Assembly: GCA_965235115.1 (NCBI GenBank)
Contig: OZ249436.1
Coordinates: 26,786,001-26,850,000, forward strand
DNA: 64,000 bases
Direction: 5' to 3'
Source: Laetmonice hystrix
Lineage: Eukaryota
The notes beneath the pieces are model-generated. The model worked only from the letters and a program-made list of their open reading frames with translations. It made no database searches and was not told where the DNA came from. The position numbers and the translations under genes were made by a program. This document shows, piece by piece, positions 39,746 to 51,717 of this stretch (positions are counted from its first letter, which is position 1; every line of letters starts with the position of its first letter).

Positions 39746-40800
39746 TTAGACCTGCATAACCATGGAATCCAGGTCCGGCGGACGTCCATTCCCGGCGGAC
39801 TTACATTCATTCCCTTCACACTTGTGTGCACAAATGTGCTGCCGCCACGCTACTTCAAAGTTGGAGTAATCGGTGTCACAAAAAGTTCAGTTGAAGGATA
39901 GCTCCCAACAGTGCAGTTATTCACTTCTAAGGTTATGCAAATTATATAGATATGGGTCCAAATATAACATGTAATATTCTATAACATTATTAATTGTATA
40001 CCGCCTTTGGATATCACTTGTTTATTTACTCAGAATGAAATGAAAAATAGAAGGTATAGGGTGTCTAATGGTGTGGGCGTCTAATTGTCCCGGTGTCGAC
40101 TGGTTCGGGTGTCTAATTGTCCAGTGTCTAATTGTCCAATGTTAAATTGAATCGTGTCGTTTTTTATTCAGTGTGGCGTGCATCGACTTCCCACCCTGCA
40201 TGAGTAAACAGATTGGAATAGATTCAACATTATAAAAGCTGCACCTGTCGCTTAAGAACACAAGATGTCAATTAGATGACAATTAATAATTTTCAATGAT
40301 GCCCTTTTTTGTTGTCTCTCTCAGACAAAATTAAAAGTGAGCGGAGATGTTCGTATTTCAATTAATGTTGCAACACTGAGTTCAAATTTCGAACATAGAA
40401 AAACTGAAGATAAAGGAGACGGGGCCAACAGGAAAGATTGAGTTGAGAAATCCCGTTTTTAAGCATGCTCATGAAAATACTACATAAAAAAGAAACTCGC
40501 TATTCACTATGTACAACTTTCATTTTTATTTCGCAATACTTATTAATGTTACTTGTAGGAAGCATCGTGGTTTAGAACACATAAACATAAATTGGTTATC
40601 TCATTATAGTGAGATTCTCATATCCGTATCAACTATGGAACCAAACCCATGCACGTGTCCCCAACGTGCCCAATCCTGCATGGTTCTTGCCTATTATCAC
40701 GTTTTTTTGAGTCGTTGTAAGTCTTTGCCAATCATGGCAGTGTCAATAGAACCCCCATTGATAGTCTACTTTCGAGCATACATTGATATAGGTTAAATTG

Positions 40801-41607
40801 TTATTTCTTAAATGCAGAGAAACATTTGCCAAACGACTCGGCCAAAGGATCGCAACAGTTCTGAATAACGATGGCGTAGATCTTTCCGATCAACTTGACG
40901 TTGATTTCGTATGCCCGGATGCAGGGTGTGATGATCCAGATGTGTTGGAAGGCCACGCAGGCGAAGTAACATCCCCAGCCAATCATGATACAGCATGAAC
41001 AGAAGGTCGTGGCCAGGGTGTAGCAGAGGGCCTTCCACACGTTGAAACATTTAAAGGAACACTTCCAGCAGCAGTCCATACTCTTGGTGTGGTCCGGCTC
41101 GCCAATCAAGTCTTCCCAGGCGACCTATAGAACCGAAATGACAAGTAAAGGGTTGGAGTCCTCAAGTTGGTAATCAATCCAGACATTATTTTGTTAACAA
41201 TTTTAGCTATCAATAGATATACCAATAAGGTGACGTATAACGTCACCGGTATATGGCTCAGGTTCTGATATTTGTTATTTAAACTTATGTCTTGAAATCA
41301 AGAAGAACATGCAGTATGGTACGGTGACATGTAGCAAGGCGAGGTAAATATTTTTGGGGTTACAAACCTAAATTCTACATTTCTGTTAATGCCAGCGGGT
41401 CTATACTATACTATGTTCTATTGTATGGGCTTGTTTAGGTTCATTTGACTTTTTACATACTTTCTGCCGACATTGTAAACTATACTGACTCCTTTAATCA
41501 TCAGTAAGGGTCTATAAACATGAACTCACCTGTAAGTGGTCATTAATGTTGTTTGGGTCCCTGTTCTCAAAATCAGGTTCCATAGCCCAAGCCTCGCCGA
41601 TTCCCAT
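40801..41607 (-). CDS. cav: Caveolin, copy 8 (exons 41530-41607, 40801-41124)
   Basis: Same protein; three synonymous changes in exon 1; intron and flanks moderately diverged. Confidence 0.95.
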
Positions 41608-42317
41608 GGTTAAAGTTGTAAAGTGTCCCTCGGTAGAAGTACGAAGTAGCTATTGTTCCTCGGTAAGACCGAAACTCGATGTGATCCTTCCTTTACGGAT
41701 GTGTTTTTTTATATGTTCACGTCGCTATGCAACTGGTATACTTACGTCGCTATGGACTAAGACTTAGGGTCTTCATCTCTTTTATGGTTGCCAACAACTC
41801 GGGCACAATCCGATGTTCGCCCAGCCATGTGTGAAATACATTGGATTAACGGGTCTTCACCACTTGGTCAACCCAGGCAAATTCGAGTTGGGCGAATACG
41901 CCTTTTTATTCTTGGCAAATGTACCCTTAAAGGCTAGCTGGGTGGCGGCTTAACTGTGGGGCAAAGGGCAGGCGGGGCACAGAGCTGGAAGAGGCATCCG
42001 ACTTTCAGAAAAGAAAAACAAGTGAAACTATGAAACACCAAAAGTAGGCTCATATCTTTGGCAGAAAGGCCCCTGTCGTCCTTTCGTGTCTTAGACATAA
42101 ATATATAAGCTAGTAGGTCATTTGGGCCATTAGCCCCAACATATGAGAACTGCATCGTGCATCAAAGATTATCTTTTTAAATTCAAATTCAAATTCACGC
42201 ACTACATGGGCTGTGTCGCCTTATGCGGCAATTGGAACTTACGAGGCTATATCCGGTTTCCGGTTGAGAAATAACCTCAGATGTAAGTCAGGCCCAAAAC
42301 TACAGATGTAAAACGTC

Positions 42318-42839
42318 AGCCGATATGCATGGTCTCCTCTTCTTCAAGAAGAGAGACTGGCGTTAGTCTCCACTCCTTCAAGAACAGAGACCTTGCCCAT
42401 TCCGCCCAGTGGTGGGCGTAAGAAATGGAGACTTTCTTCTTGAAAAATGAGAGCAGGTGTATACATTTTAACAAGGAAACTAAATTCTATCCTATCCCTA
42501 TCCCTATACCTGACCTTAACCCTAACCCCTGCCCAAACATTTCGTGGAAAGTTATCATGGGGGAAGAACCCATTGGCTTAACTACCTAGGTGAAATATTC
42601 ACCTGCTGACCTGCTCGCTGAAGCGGCACCGAGGCGGCAAGGCTGACCTGCTCGCTGAAGCGGCACCGAGGCGGCAAGGTGATAGGACACCAGCAGCTAG
42701 TCTTCATTGGAAGAAGAAAGTCTCCATTTCTTACGCCCACCACTGGGCGGAATGGACAAGGTCTCTGTTCTTGAAGGAGTGGAGACTAACGCCAGTCTCT
42801 CTTCTTGAAGAAGAGGAGACCATGCGTATCGGGTGCAGC
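42318..42839. mobile_element. Non-autonomous element with ~120-bp TIRs
   Basis: Near-perfect long inverted arms; internal CCTAAC/CCTATC repeats and a 37-bp tandem duplication. Interrupts the array sequence AAAACGTCGATG with CGTC duplicated. Confidence 0.85.
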
Positions 42840-44444
42840 CGTCGATGTGAGGAGGCTCATCCACATCACCGCTCATGTACTTCGACAATATGATTAAATC
42901 TAAAATGTAAGATTTGTTATGAAACAGGGCCCTGTAGTCACTGCTGGGGTACCGGCCTTTGAGCGGCACTTATCCCTGAGAAACACGTCTATCTGCGACT
43001 TGAGGCTCGCCATCTGCTGTTACCATTTCCTTTGTCCTGCTCAACTGCTTCTCTCCACTCAAGACTGTCCATTTTCCAATCCGTTCCTTAGTGTTTCTTT
43101 CCCTGAGAATATTTATGAGGAGACACTGCAATGAAAATAATGTACATTTCTAATAGTAAAAAATTCACTTGAACACTTGAACATTTGAACCAAAAATATT
43201 CTACTAAAAAATGGCGACTTTTTTTTATTATATCCTCAACATAAAATAATGTTGTTTGGTGTTTGGTTCCTTTATTTACTCTTTATTAATAAGCAATGTC
43301 CTCCCGGGCCCCCCGACACGTTTTTCCTGCCGACCGAAGTCCCCTTGCTCATCCTCACCTCACCTTGTCTTAGCTCAGCTCACCCTTGCTCAGGGTGGAA
43401 AAGTAACTAAAAAAACAGGGCCCTGGGATGTCTTGACACATGGGTGATCTCTAAATTGAAAGTGACTTGATGCTGAGCTGAAGTGACCTGGTTGGTGTAA
43501 TGCTTCAGCTCCTTTCATTTATCTGGTTTGAGTAACATGCCTTGACGACAACGATTACGATATCATGCACTTAGACAGGCTTCATCAAATGTGTCCCTTG
43601 ACAGTCAGGGAGTTTGTTGAATACACCTGTACAAATGTTCACGACAGAGCAAAGGAATGTTAGCGGAATTTCGAAGACGAAATAGCATTTCAGTCCAACA
43701 AAGAGCGGGAAATTTTCCCCTTTAACCCGGAAATTAACTTTGAGCAGAGCATGGCGGGAAAAGTTATTCATCGGAGTACCTGCCCGCGCACTTTGAATCG
43801 GTCACTGTGCGGTTGGACATCGGAGAGAGACGACGTTAGGTTTGGACATTGTAGAGTGACGAAGGTGGTTGTAGGTCGAGGAACACCGGGAGATCGGCGT
43901 GGAGAGGAGGAAATGTAGCTAAGTTCTTCAATTAGCGTTCATGCTGCCCTGCCCCGTCCATGTTCACCGGTGCCATGCTTCGTGTGTCGCCGCACTTGGG
44001 GTTCAGTGCCTTGTGATACACATGGGGCAATCGTAGTTTGTATGTGGGGTCGGATATGGCGTGTGTATATGTCAGTCCTAAATGTTTGGGGTTTTGGGTA
44101 ATAATTTAGTGATTCATAGAGATGGCATTCCTGCTTGATATGATCAGTACTGGTGCGGGAAGGCGGGGGGGGGGAAGTTTTGGGTAATAGTTCACTGATT
44201 CATAGAGATAGCATTCCTGCTTGATAATGATCAGTACTGGTGCGGGAAGGGGTGGAGTTATTGGTGCTGTGGTCGCCAAGATGGTTTTGGTACTGCCACA
44301 CTATGAGTTTGGTACCCCGTGATACACATTGAACAATTGCAAAGTGTAACTTGTAACTTGCATTCCTTGAGATGTCCCATTCCCGCCAGTTTTAACAGAG
44401 CGTTTTAGGTGTGTTGTATCCATCTCTTCAGAAAGGAGCGAGTG

Positions 44445-44860
44445 ATGGCCGGTGAGTTATTCAGGATGCGGGCCCTCCTGGTGGGAGATTCCTATGTGAG
44501 ACGACTGGCGGGCTACATAGTAGATGGAGGGCGGTCACAGAATTTTGGCCGGCGCGATGTGGACGTCACCTTTGAGGGCATCAGTGGAGGCACCGTCGCT
44601 ACTTTGGAGCAGGACCTGTGGACGTGGTTGGATAACTATCAGCCGCATATACTGATAATCATGATGGGGGCGAATGATTTGTGTGATCCTGAGCTGCGGG
44701 CTGTCGATGTGGTGGACCGTTTACTAGTGCTGGCCCGGAGAGCAAGGGACGAGTACGGGGTCTGCCGCGTAGTCTGTTGCTCAGCTTTTGACAGGGGGAG
44801 GTATCCTCGGTCGGTGACGGAATACCCCCAGAAGATTTTTGGGTGCAACGTTCGGTTGAA
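44445..44860 (+). pseudogene. SGNH/GDSL hydrolase ORF of element B (C-terminus lost)
   Basis: LLVGDSYVRRL, FEGISGGT, PHILIIMMGANDL. Block V (DxxH) not found; the ORF runs on into inserted DNA. Confidence 0.88.
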
Positions 44861-44972
44861 GGGGGCCTGGGTTCGGAGTAGAGGGGGTAGCTTGCCATGT
44901 TCAAATGATGCTGTGTGTGTATTAGGAAATAGAAAACTTGTATGCTTTAAATCGTTGTTGTGTTATGTGTAT

Positions 44973-46008
44973 GGCCATTTACACATAAGCGATTTTCCAA
45001 GCGATGGGGCATCGCGCCAACATCGCTTGGCTCAAACGATGTCGGTGCGACATCGGTTTAGTGTAAATGACTTCGGTTGGCCATCGTTTGGCCAAGCGAT
45101 GGGCAACCGACGATATCAAAAATTTTTGATATTATCGCTTCAGTTCAGGCGATGCTGAGCATCGCTTGGGGAATTTTCGTTCTATTCTTACAACGAGATG
45201 GCAAAAGTTTCAACAGATCGTGCTAGGACTCCATGCAAGAAAGTATCACTAGGGTCCAGGCTTTCAGAATCACCCAAATGACCCACCCTGAAGTCAAATT
45301 TGATGTTTTCTCTATACTTTCATAATATGTTAGGTTTGGCATGAAGATTTAATTAGTTGTAGGGCTTTTAAGTTCTAAAATAATAGGTAAAGGTGAAGAA
45401 ACGTCAAGAATTAGATGGGTGACGTCATGATTTACAGCACTCAGGTGGTGCCCTCTGTTACAGAGTGATATATTCTATTGCTGAATGAAGCACTGACCAG
45501 TATAGGGCCTACATCTGCTCATGAAAAAAAATAGAAAACAATGAAAATGTGATTATATACATATGGCATTGCTCCGAGTGCGGGATGGGCCTATCACAGC
45601 ACGCGTCAGGCCAGTTCAGGCCGAGCCCTTTAGGTGAGGCCTAAAACTGGGGTAGATGCTATTCTTTAACCACTACAGGCAGCGTAATCACTACAGGCAG
45701 TGCCTATCAAAACATAAGCCACGCCAAGTCTCCGCCCAATTCGATTCTAGTGATTAGGCCCCTATATACCCATGCCTGTAGTGATTAGGAAACCTATATA
45801 TCACTATTTACAGCCCTCGGGTGAAAAAGATTTTAATATGAAGAAATCGTCGCTCGAGCATCGCATCAAAACCATCGCCTCAGTGTAAATGCTTATCGGT
45901 CGGCTGACCATCGGTCCTGTGGCCTATGCGATGGCCAAACGATGGTCAGCATCGCATGTGATTATCGCATGAGAGCATCGTCTGAGCATCGCTTATGTGT
46001 AAACGGCC
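44973..46008. mobile_element. Non-autonomous DNA transposon, Harbinger-like TIRs
   Basis: GGCCATTTACACATAAGCGAT ... ATCGCTTATGTGTAAACGGCC with CATCG-rich subterminal repeats; TSD not clear. Confidence 0.75.
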
Positions 46009-46011
46009 CGA

Positions 46012-46470
46012 GCTGGCGCTACACTAGGCGATTCCATTGCGATCCCGTTGAGATCCCGTTGAGATTTCACGTTCCCACGGTCGCATCGCATAGTGTAGCA
46101 GGCTCCGTCGCCCATCGCAAGGGCGGGGCAAACTCGTTGCGACCGTGGGAACGTGAAATCGCAAAGAATGAACATGTTCATTCTTTGCGACGACAATTGC
46201 AGCTGAATCGCACCGTTTTTCTGCTTGCTACAAGTGTAGCCATCGCCGTCGCTCGTCGCAATGACGTGTCTACTGGATCAACCAACCAGACTGCGGCTAG
46301 CGCATCGAAATTCGCCTTTCGCGCCATTTTGGTTGAAATGAGGCGGCAAATCGGGTGTGCGGTCCCCTGTTCGATCGCCAAGTGTAGCAGCCTTATCGAT
46401 GCGACCAGCATCCCCCCGGTTGCGATGTGTCGTCGCAAGCAAATCGCTTGTTGCGTCGCCTATAAGGCCC
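46012..46470. mobile_element. Adjacent/nested Harbinger-like MITE remnants
   Basis: GCTACACTAGGCGA ... TCGCCAAGTGTAGCAGC followed by TTA, then another TIR-like end ...CGCCTATAAGGCCC-TTA. Confidence 0.55.
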
Positions 46471-47157
46471 TTATGTCACATTTCCTGGTGGTTTCGCTCG
46501 ATTTCCTGGGGTTAGGCAACCTGCCACGGACAGGGCGTGCACGTCTTATTGTGCTGTGTGAATTATCATTTGGTTCTAATATTTTTGAAATATTCCCCAT
46601 GGTGACGCAACTTAAACCTCATATTAAAAGGGTTACTGAGTTACAATAACGGTAGACAAAACGAAATTAAGATGAAGTGGCGTTTCATGTCAGATAAATG
46701 ACTACAACAATACAATTCCGTACACGAACAACGATTAACAATCTTTATCACCCCAGCATGGTCCAAGGTGAAAAGTCTACATTGACAGGATACGATACAA
46801 TAGCTCATTTTTGCCTATTATGTACACTACAGTGATTTCGTACTGTTTTGTAACAGGCGGAGGCCCTCTACCTTAGCCTCCTTAGCTTCTCTCACGGAAG
46901 GATAAGGTCAATACTGGGTGAGGATGACCCCACAATGACAGAATTTCAGTGAAATGATCAACCTGCCTATATTTAAGACAGCCTCGGAGGTGTCTTAAAT
47001 ATAGGAGTCATTTTAAGTGGTTTGCACAACATAAGTAGCATATTAATTTCGACTTTTTCGGAGTGCCTAATTTGAGTGGGTACTTATTCGGTCTGCTTTG
47101 TCTTAAGTAGCTTTATGAATACGGACCCAGGGCATAGCGCAAGCGGAGGAGGAAGGG

Positions 47158-48187
47158 GTGTCGCAGGCTATGGCGGCCTTCATGCGGTTGCATGGGCAAG
47201 CGAGACAGGGTAATGCAGTTGGTGAATTGGAGGTGGAGGATCAACAGCCGGTCAGGCCCAGGCCAGAGGTTCAGATCCCGGTGTGGCAAGAAGATGATCC
47301 AGGGCTTCTGGGTTTTCTCCCCAATCCGATCCCGTTGGGTCTTCCTGCCTCAGCAGGGGCTCCTCCGGAACAAGGGGCAGGACCTCCAATTGTGTCGAGG
47401 GTTGCAAGCCGGTCGGGGCCGTCGTCTTCGGGGGATGCTTCCACAGTTCCAGGATTGATGAGTGAGCTTAACACGGCTTCTACGTCTCTCATTTCGGGTG
47501 TCCCAATGAGCCTGAGGACAAAGATTTGGGAAGGTCAGTATGTAGATCTGGCCTTGTTGATGGCGAAGCCAGAGGCAGCTTTGACCGTGGATGTGAGGCC
47601 AAGAGAGGGAGTCCCCCAATTGATAGTGAATAGGCCTGTGCCGGCGAAAGTACGTACTTTGGCGAAGTGGGACAGTGCGTTCGCGCGCTTCCATGCGATT
47701 ATGATAAGGGTACACCCAAAATTGTCGGAGGCATTAATAGGACATGGCCAGTATGTCAAGAAGGTTGCATCGACGGGGGGAATTGGCTGTTATATGATGA
47801 GAAATACCGTAGGGGTGTGGCCGATGGTACCATTAGATGGGGCAGATGAATGTGGAGTTGTCCCTGGTTGCGACCCTGTTTTCAATGTAGCTCGGAGGGC
47901 AGCTTCGCCAGGATGGGGGACAAAGCAGGGGTCGCCAGCCAATGACGCCAGGGTGCTCCGTCAAGATACCGCAAGGGTATTGCTTTGCGTACCATCGCTG
48001 GGGAACGTGTTATGTGCCTAAATGCAAGTGGAATCATCGTTGCCCAATTTGTGATTCTCTGCATCCTACATTTCGATGTTCAGGGGCCCGTCCGGATCGG
48101 CCCAGCAAACGCCCACGGATTGCCGATAACTCGGGGGACAGATCAAAAGGTGGGGGGCAGTCGGGTTCCTCTCGGGCTGACAGGTGA
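47158..48187 (+). pseudogene. gag-like ORF1 of element B
   Basis: LRTKIWEGQYVDLALLM, WDSAFARFHAI, then frameshifted GGNWLLYDEKYRR and zinc knuckle CFAYHRWGTCYVPKCKWNHRCPICDSLH. Confidence 0.88.
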
Positions 48188-49807
48188 GCCCCTTGCAGGC
48201 TCATGCAGGTCCAGATGAGGGGCGCCGGGTCCGCCTGCCTTCCCCGGTTCATGCTGAGAGATTGGGGGAGCTACTAAAAGAGGCAGGGTATTCGCCTGAG
48301 GACACTAATTACCTGGAGGAAGGGTTTACTGCCGGGTTTCGGTTGAGATACTCGGGCGCGAGATGTTATAAACCCAAGGATGGATTCTTCTGAAGCAGAG
48401 ATCATGGGAAAGAAGATCGAAAAAGAAAAGTCGCTGGAGCGTATTATGGGACCTTTTCAAGTGCCCCCTCTTCTAGAGTTTCGTGTTTCGCCTGTGCGGG
48501 TTGAGCCAAAAAAGGTGCCGGGTGAATACCGCTTTATACACAATCTTTCTCATCCTCATGGGGACCCCTCCTCCATCAATTATAACATACCGTTCCATGA
48601 GAAGACGGTTAGGCACTGGACATTGGATGATGCTGTGAAAATAATAAGGGGATTTGGGGGACAAGCATATGGCAAAAACTGACATAAAATCAGCATTTAA
48701 AATATTATATCAATGATTCCCAGGGATTATCATCTGTTAGGATTCAAGTGGGATTCAAAGTATTATCATGCAACCACACTCCCTGGGGGCTGCGTCATCC
48801 TGTGCCATATTTGAGAAGTTCAGTATATCCCTGCAGCACTTGGCGATTAATCGTCTAGGAGTTTCGGCCTGCGTCCATGTGCAAGACGATTTTCTATTTA
48901 TAACACCAACTGGGGAACGGTGTGCCCGCGATCTACGGTCGTTTTTTTTGCCATGTGTGACTATTTGGGGGTCCCAATTGCCCACGAGAAAACCGAAGGA
49001 CCCAGCCAAGTCATGGAGTTTCTTGGTATAACGGTGGACATACCAAGGGGGCTTTCTCGTCTACCCCAGGACAAGGTGGAAAAGTGCAGGGCTCTTATAG
49101 ACATTTTCTTGGTCAGTAGGAAAGTGACTCTCCAGCAGCTTCGGCAACTTTTTAAACTTAAGGCAATAGTCCCGGGGCACCCATTTTTGGCGGCAATGTA
49201 TGCATTAACTACAAAATTATCTCGACCGTATTTCAAGGCGAAATTGACGGCTCCAGTAAAAGAAGACTTGAGAAAATGGTCGGGGTTTCTGGACCACTTT
49301 AATGGGTGCTCAATTTTTCTGACTGAGGCCCACAGCACGGACCCTGGGGTGGAATTGTACACGGATGCTGCTACTACGGTGGGGTTTGATGTGTGTTGTA
49401 GTAAGGAGTGGACTTGTGGGAAATGGGTACAACATTGGGTAGGAAAGGACATTCTTGTGTTGGAGACGTATCCTGTGGTTTTGGCGTTGGCAAATAAGTC
49501 CATAATATTTCACATAGATAATCAGGCTTTAGTTCAGATAATTAACAATCGGCATTCTTCCTCTTCGGAAGTTATACCACTCCTACGTGTATTGTTTCTC
49601 CTAGGTTTGAAATATAATATTGAAGTCAGGGCCCGTCATGTCCCAGGAGTTTTCTATGTCTCGGCTGATTCATTATCACGTTTTGAATTTCAGGCCTTCC
49701 GTCAATCATTGCCGGGTGCGGCCTTCCTGCCCCGCCAGATTCCTTCTTGGGTCAGCCCGGAGTCGTTCAACCCCTGGATTCAGCCATTAGCTACTTACCT
49801 GTGGTAA
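48184..49807 (+). pseudogene. Reverse transcriptase / RNase H of element B
   Basis: LEEGFTAGFRL, FRVSPVRVEPKKVPGEYRFIHNLSHP, KTDIKSAF, LGAASSCAIF, HVQDDFL, EKTEGP; RNase H LYTDAA...LETYP...HIDNQAL...ADSLSR. Multiple frameshifts. Confidence 0.93.
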
Positions 49808-51333
49808 AAGACGCGTTGAGGTCTTCTTTGGCTCCTTCTACTTGGGTACTGTATGAGAGAGTTTGGAAATCGTTCACGGAGTTTGTGGTTGGTATCAAAG
49901 GGAAAGCCCCTAGTTTGCCGGGATGTCATGTATTTTGTGGCTATAGTTTGTCCGGTAGGGGGTCGGCGCCTTCTACGGTTGTTACGCAGGCTTCTGCAAT
50001 TTCGTACCTTCACAAAATCAATAACCTCCCAGACCGTGTATCCTCCCCGGTTGTTCAAAAAATGTTTCAAGGGTTGAGGAAGCAGTTGTCGGTACCGGAT
50101 GTCAGGCTTCCAATAACGGCGTCCCTTTTGTCTCGTGTGTGTGTGACTGCTGTGTCGGTTTTTCCTTCAGAGTACCGCTGTAGGATGGTTCGCTCGTTGA
50201 TCACGATGGCCTTTCATGGGGTTTTCAGAATGGGGGAGCTTGTGGGAAAAGGGTCTTCAAGGGTGGTCCAGTTGGGAGGTCTGGTTTATACAGATTCGGG
50301 GGTGACGATTACCTAATACCCCCATCACACTAGAAGGCGATCTAGCTGCGCTCTAGAAAATGGGACAGATCGCCGTAGAGCGTGGATAGAGTGCCTTGAG
50401 GTCCTTCTGAGCGTCATAGGAGCGAGATAGTGTCTCCCTGGGTCGTCATATGGTCACCATGAACGCCATTAGCGGCGACCAATTTTGAACATGCACAAAA
50501 TTTACGCTGCAGGGTCGCCGTGGATCTAAAAGCGCAGTTAGATCGAAATGCGATCACCATCAGCGTCCTAGGAGCGCAGTACCAGATTCCTGAGAGCGCA
50601 GGTCGAGCGCCAGTGAACGGTGTAGCATCGGCCTTCCCATCTCATGGCGCTGGCCCGACGCTCTTACCACGATGCTACGGAGACCTCGGTGACCCTAATG
50701 AGCCCTTTACACGCTGCGCACGGTGCTGCCGCTGCGCTCATGACGTCAGAGCTGCGTTCTTGCTGCGCAGTGAGCGCAGTGTGATCGTATAGGACGTGGT
50801 AGTAACGCCATACGACGTGGTAGGGACGGCCTAAATTGTCCGAGAATTGCATTTTTCCACGTCGTGGCAGCAGGGTGGGAGCGGCATTGCAGTCACACTT
50901 GGAGGGGTTTTCTGATGTTGACGGCGACCAACGGCGATCTGCGAGGTCGCCGTGGTCGCCGTAAGGTCTTTATCCAGTGTGATGGGGGTATTACCGGCGT
51001 CCAAGGCTTCATATATCCCACAGAGGGTTCAACTGTCTTGGGGTCAAGATCGCTCCGCTTGCCCAGTAAGGTTGCTTAGGGAATTTAGGTCTAGTCCCAG
51101 GTCCACTTTTTGTGAATCAGGCAGGGGTTCTGTACAATTATGCCCAGGTGTTGTCCTTGCTCAAACCTCTTTTCTTGTCCTGCGGCATGGACCCATCGCA
51201 TTACAAAGGGCACAGTTTCAGGATTGGGGCAACGTCAGAAGCAGCAAGAGCGGGGTACTCGGATGCACAGATCAGGTTGATGGGCATATGGCGATCCAGC
51301 GTGTTCCGGAAATATATCCGTCTTCCGTTTTAG
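49747..51333 (+). pseudogene. Tyrosine recombinase of element B, split by a MITE
   Basis: SLAPSTW..Y, SAISYLHK, RLPIT, AFHGVFRMGEL (R), T-L-PASK (K, across the insertion), CPVR, GHSFRIGATSEA (HxxR), MGIWRSSVFRKYIR (W, Y). Confidence 0.93.
50317..50990. mobile_element. 674-bp Harbinger-like non-autonomous transposon in the YR ORF
   Basis: TIRs TACCCCCATCACACT(A/G)GA with TAA/TTA flanks. Removing it restores the reading frame GVTIT-L-PASK. Confidence 0.9.
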
Positions 51334-51506
51334 GGGGGGGGGGTTGTTGGGCCCAGGTTGAGGTCACCCGGCCCAACGATTGGACGAATAACGCCTTACG
51401 TAACCGTAGCAACGGGCGTAACGGGCGTAACGGGCGTAACGGGGAAGGATTATCCTGCAAAGCTACATGACAATATGTTACCACCGGGAGGGACCTAGTG
51501 TAATTA

Positions 51507-51717
51507 TATCGGGTGGATAAAAAAACGCCCCGAACTTTAAATAGATTTTCGTTTTTAGCGCCAGGGGATTAATATCAAAGCTATTGAGCTGAAACTTTAA
51601 CATACCAGAGATAATATCATGAAGTGATACTAAGAGAAATTTTATTGAATTATAGTGCATAGTTTTTGAAATATTAAAGTTTAAAGTTCGGGGCGTTTTT
51701 TTTTTATCCACCCGATA
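51507..51717. mobile_element. Tc1/mariner-like MITE
   Basis: TIRs TATCGGGTGGATAAAAAAACGCCCCGAACTTTAAA with TA flanks. Confidence 0.88.

Larger units (their letters stand above)
11300..42878. repeat. Tandem array of ~4.1-kb caveolin gene units (8 genes)
   Basis: Stop codons at 11799, 16054, 20180, 24306, 28432, 32558, 36731, 40801, giving periods 4255, 4126 x4, 4173, 4070. Confidence 0.97.

Noticed and set aside
45942..46649. 235-aa plus-strand ORF as a gene
   Set aside because: Spans MITE sequences; no recognisable domain.
49747..51333. Prophage or bacterial integrase contamination
   Set aside because: YR overlaps RT/RNase H in DIRS-order layout and carries eukaryotic MITE insertions.
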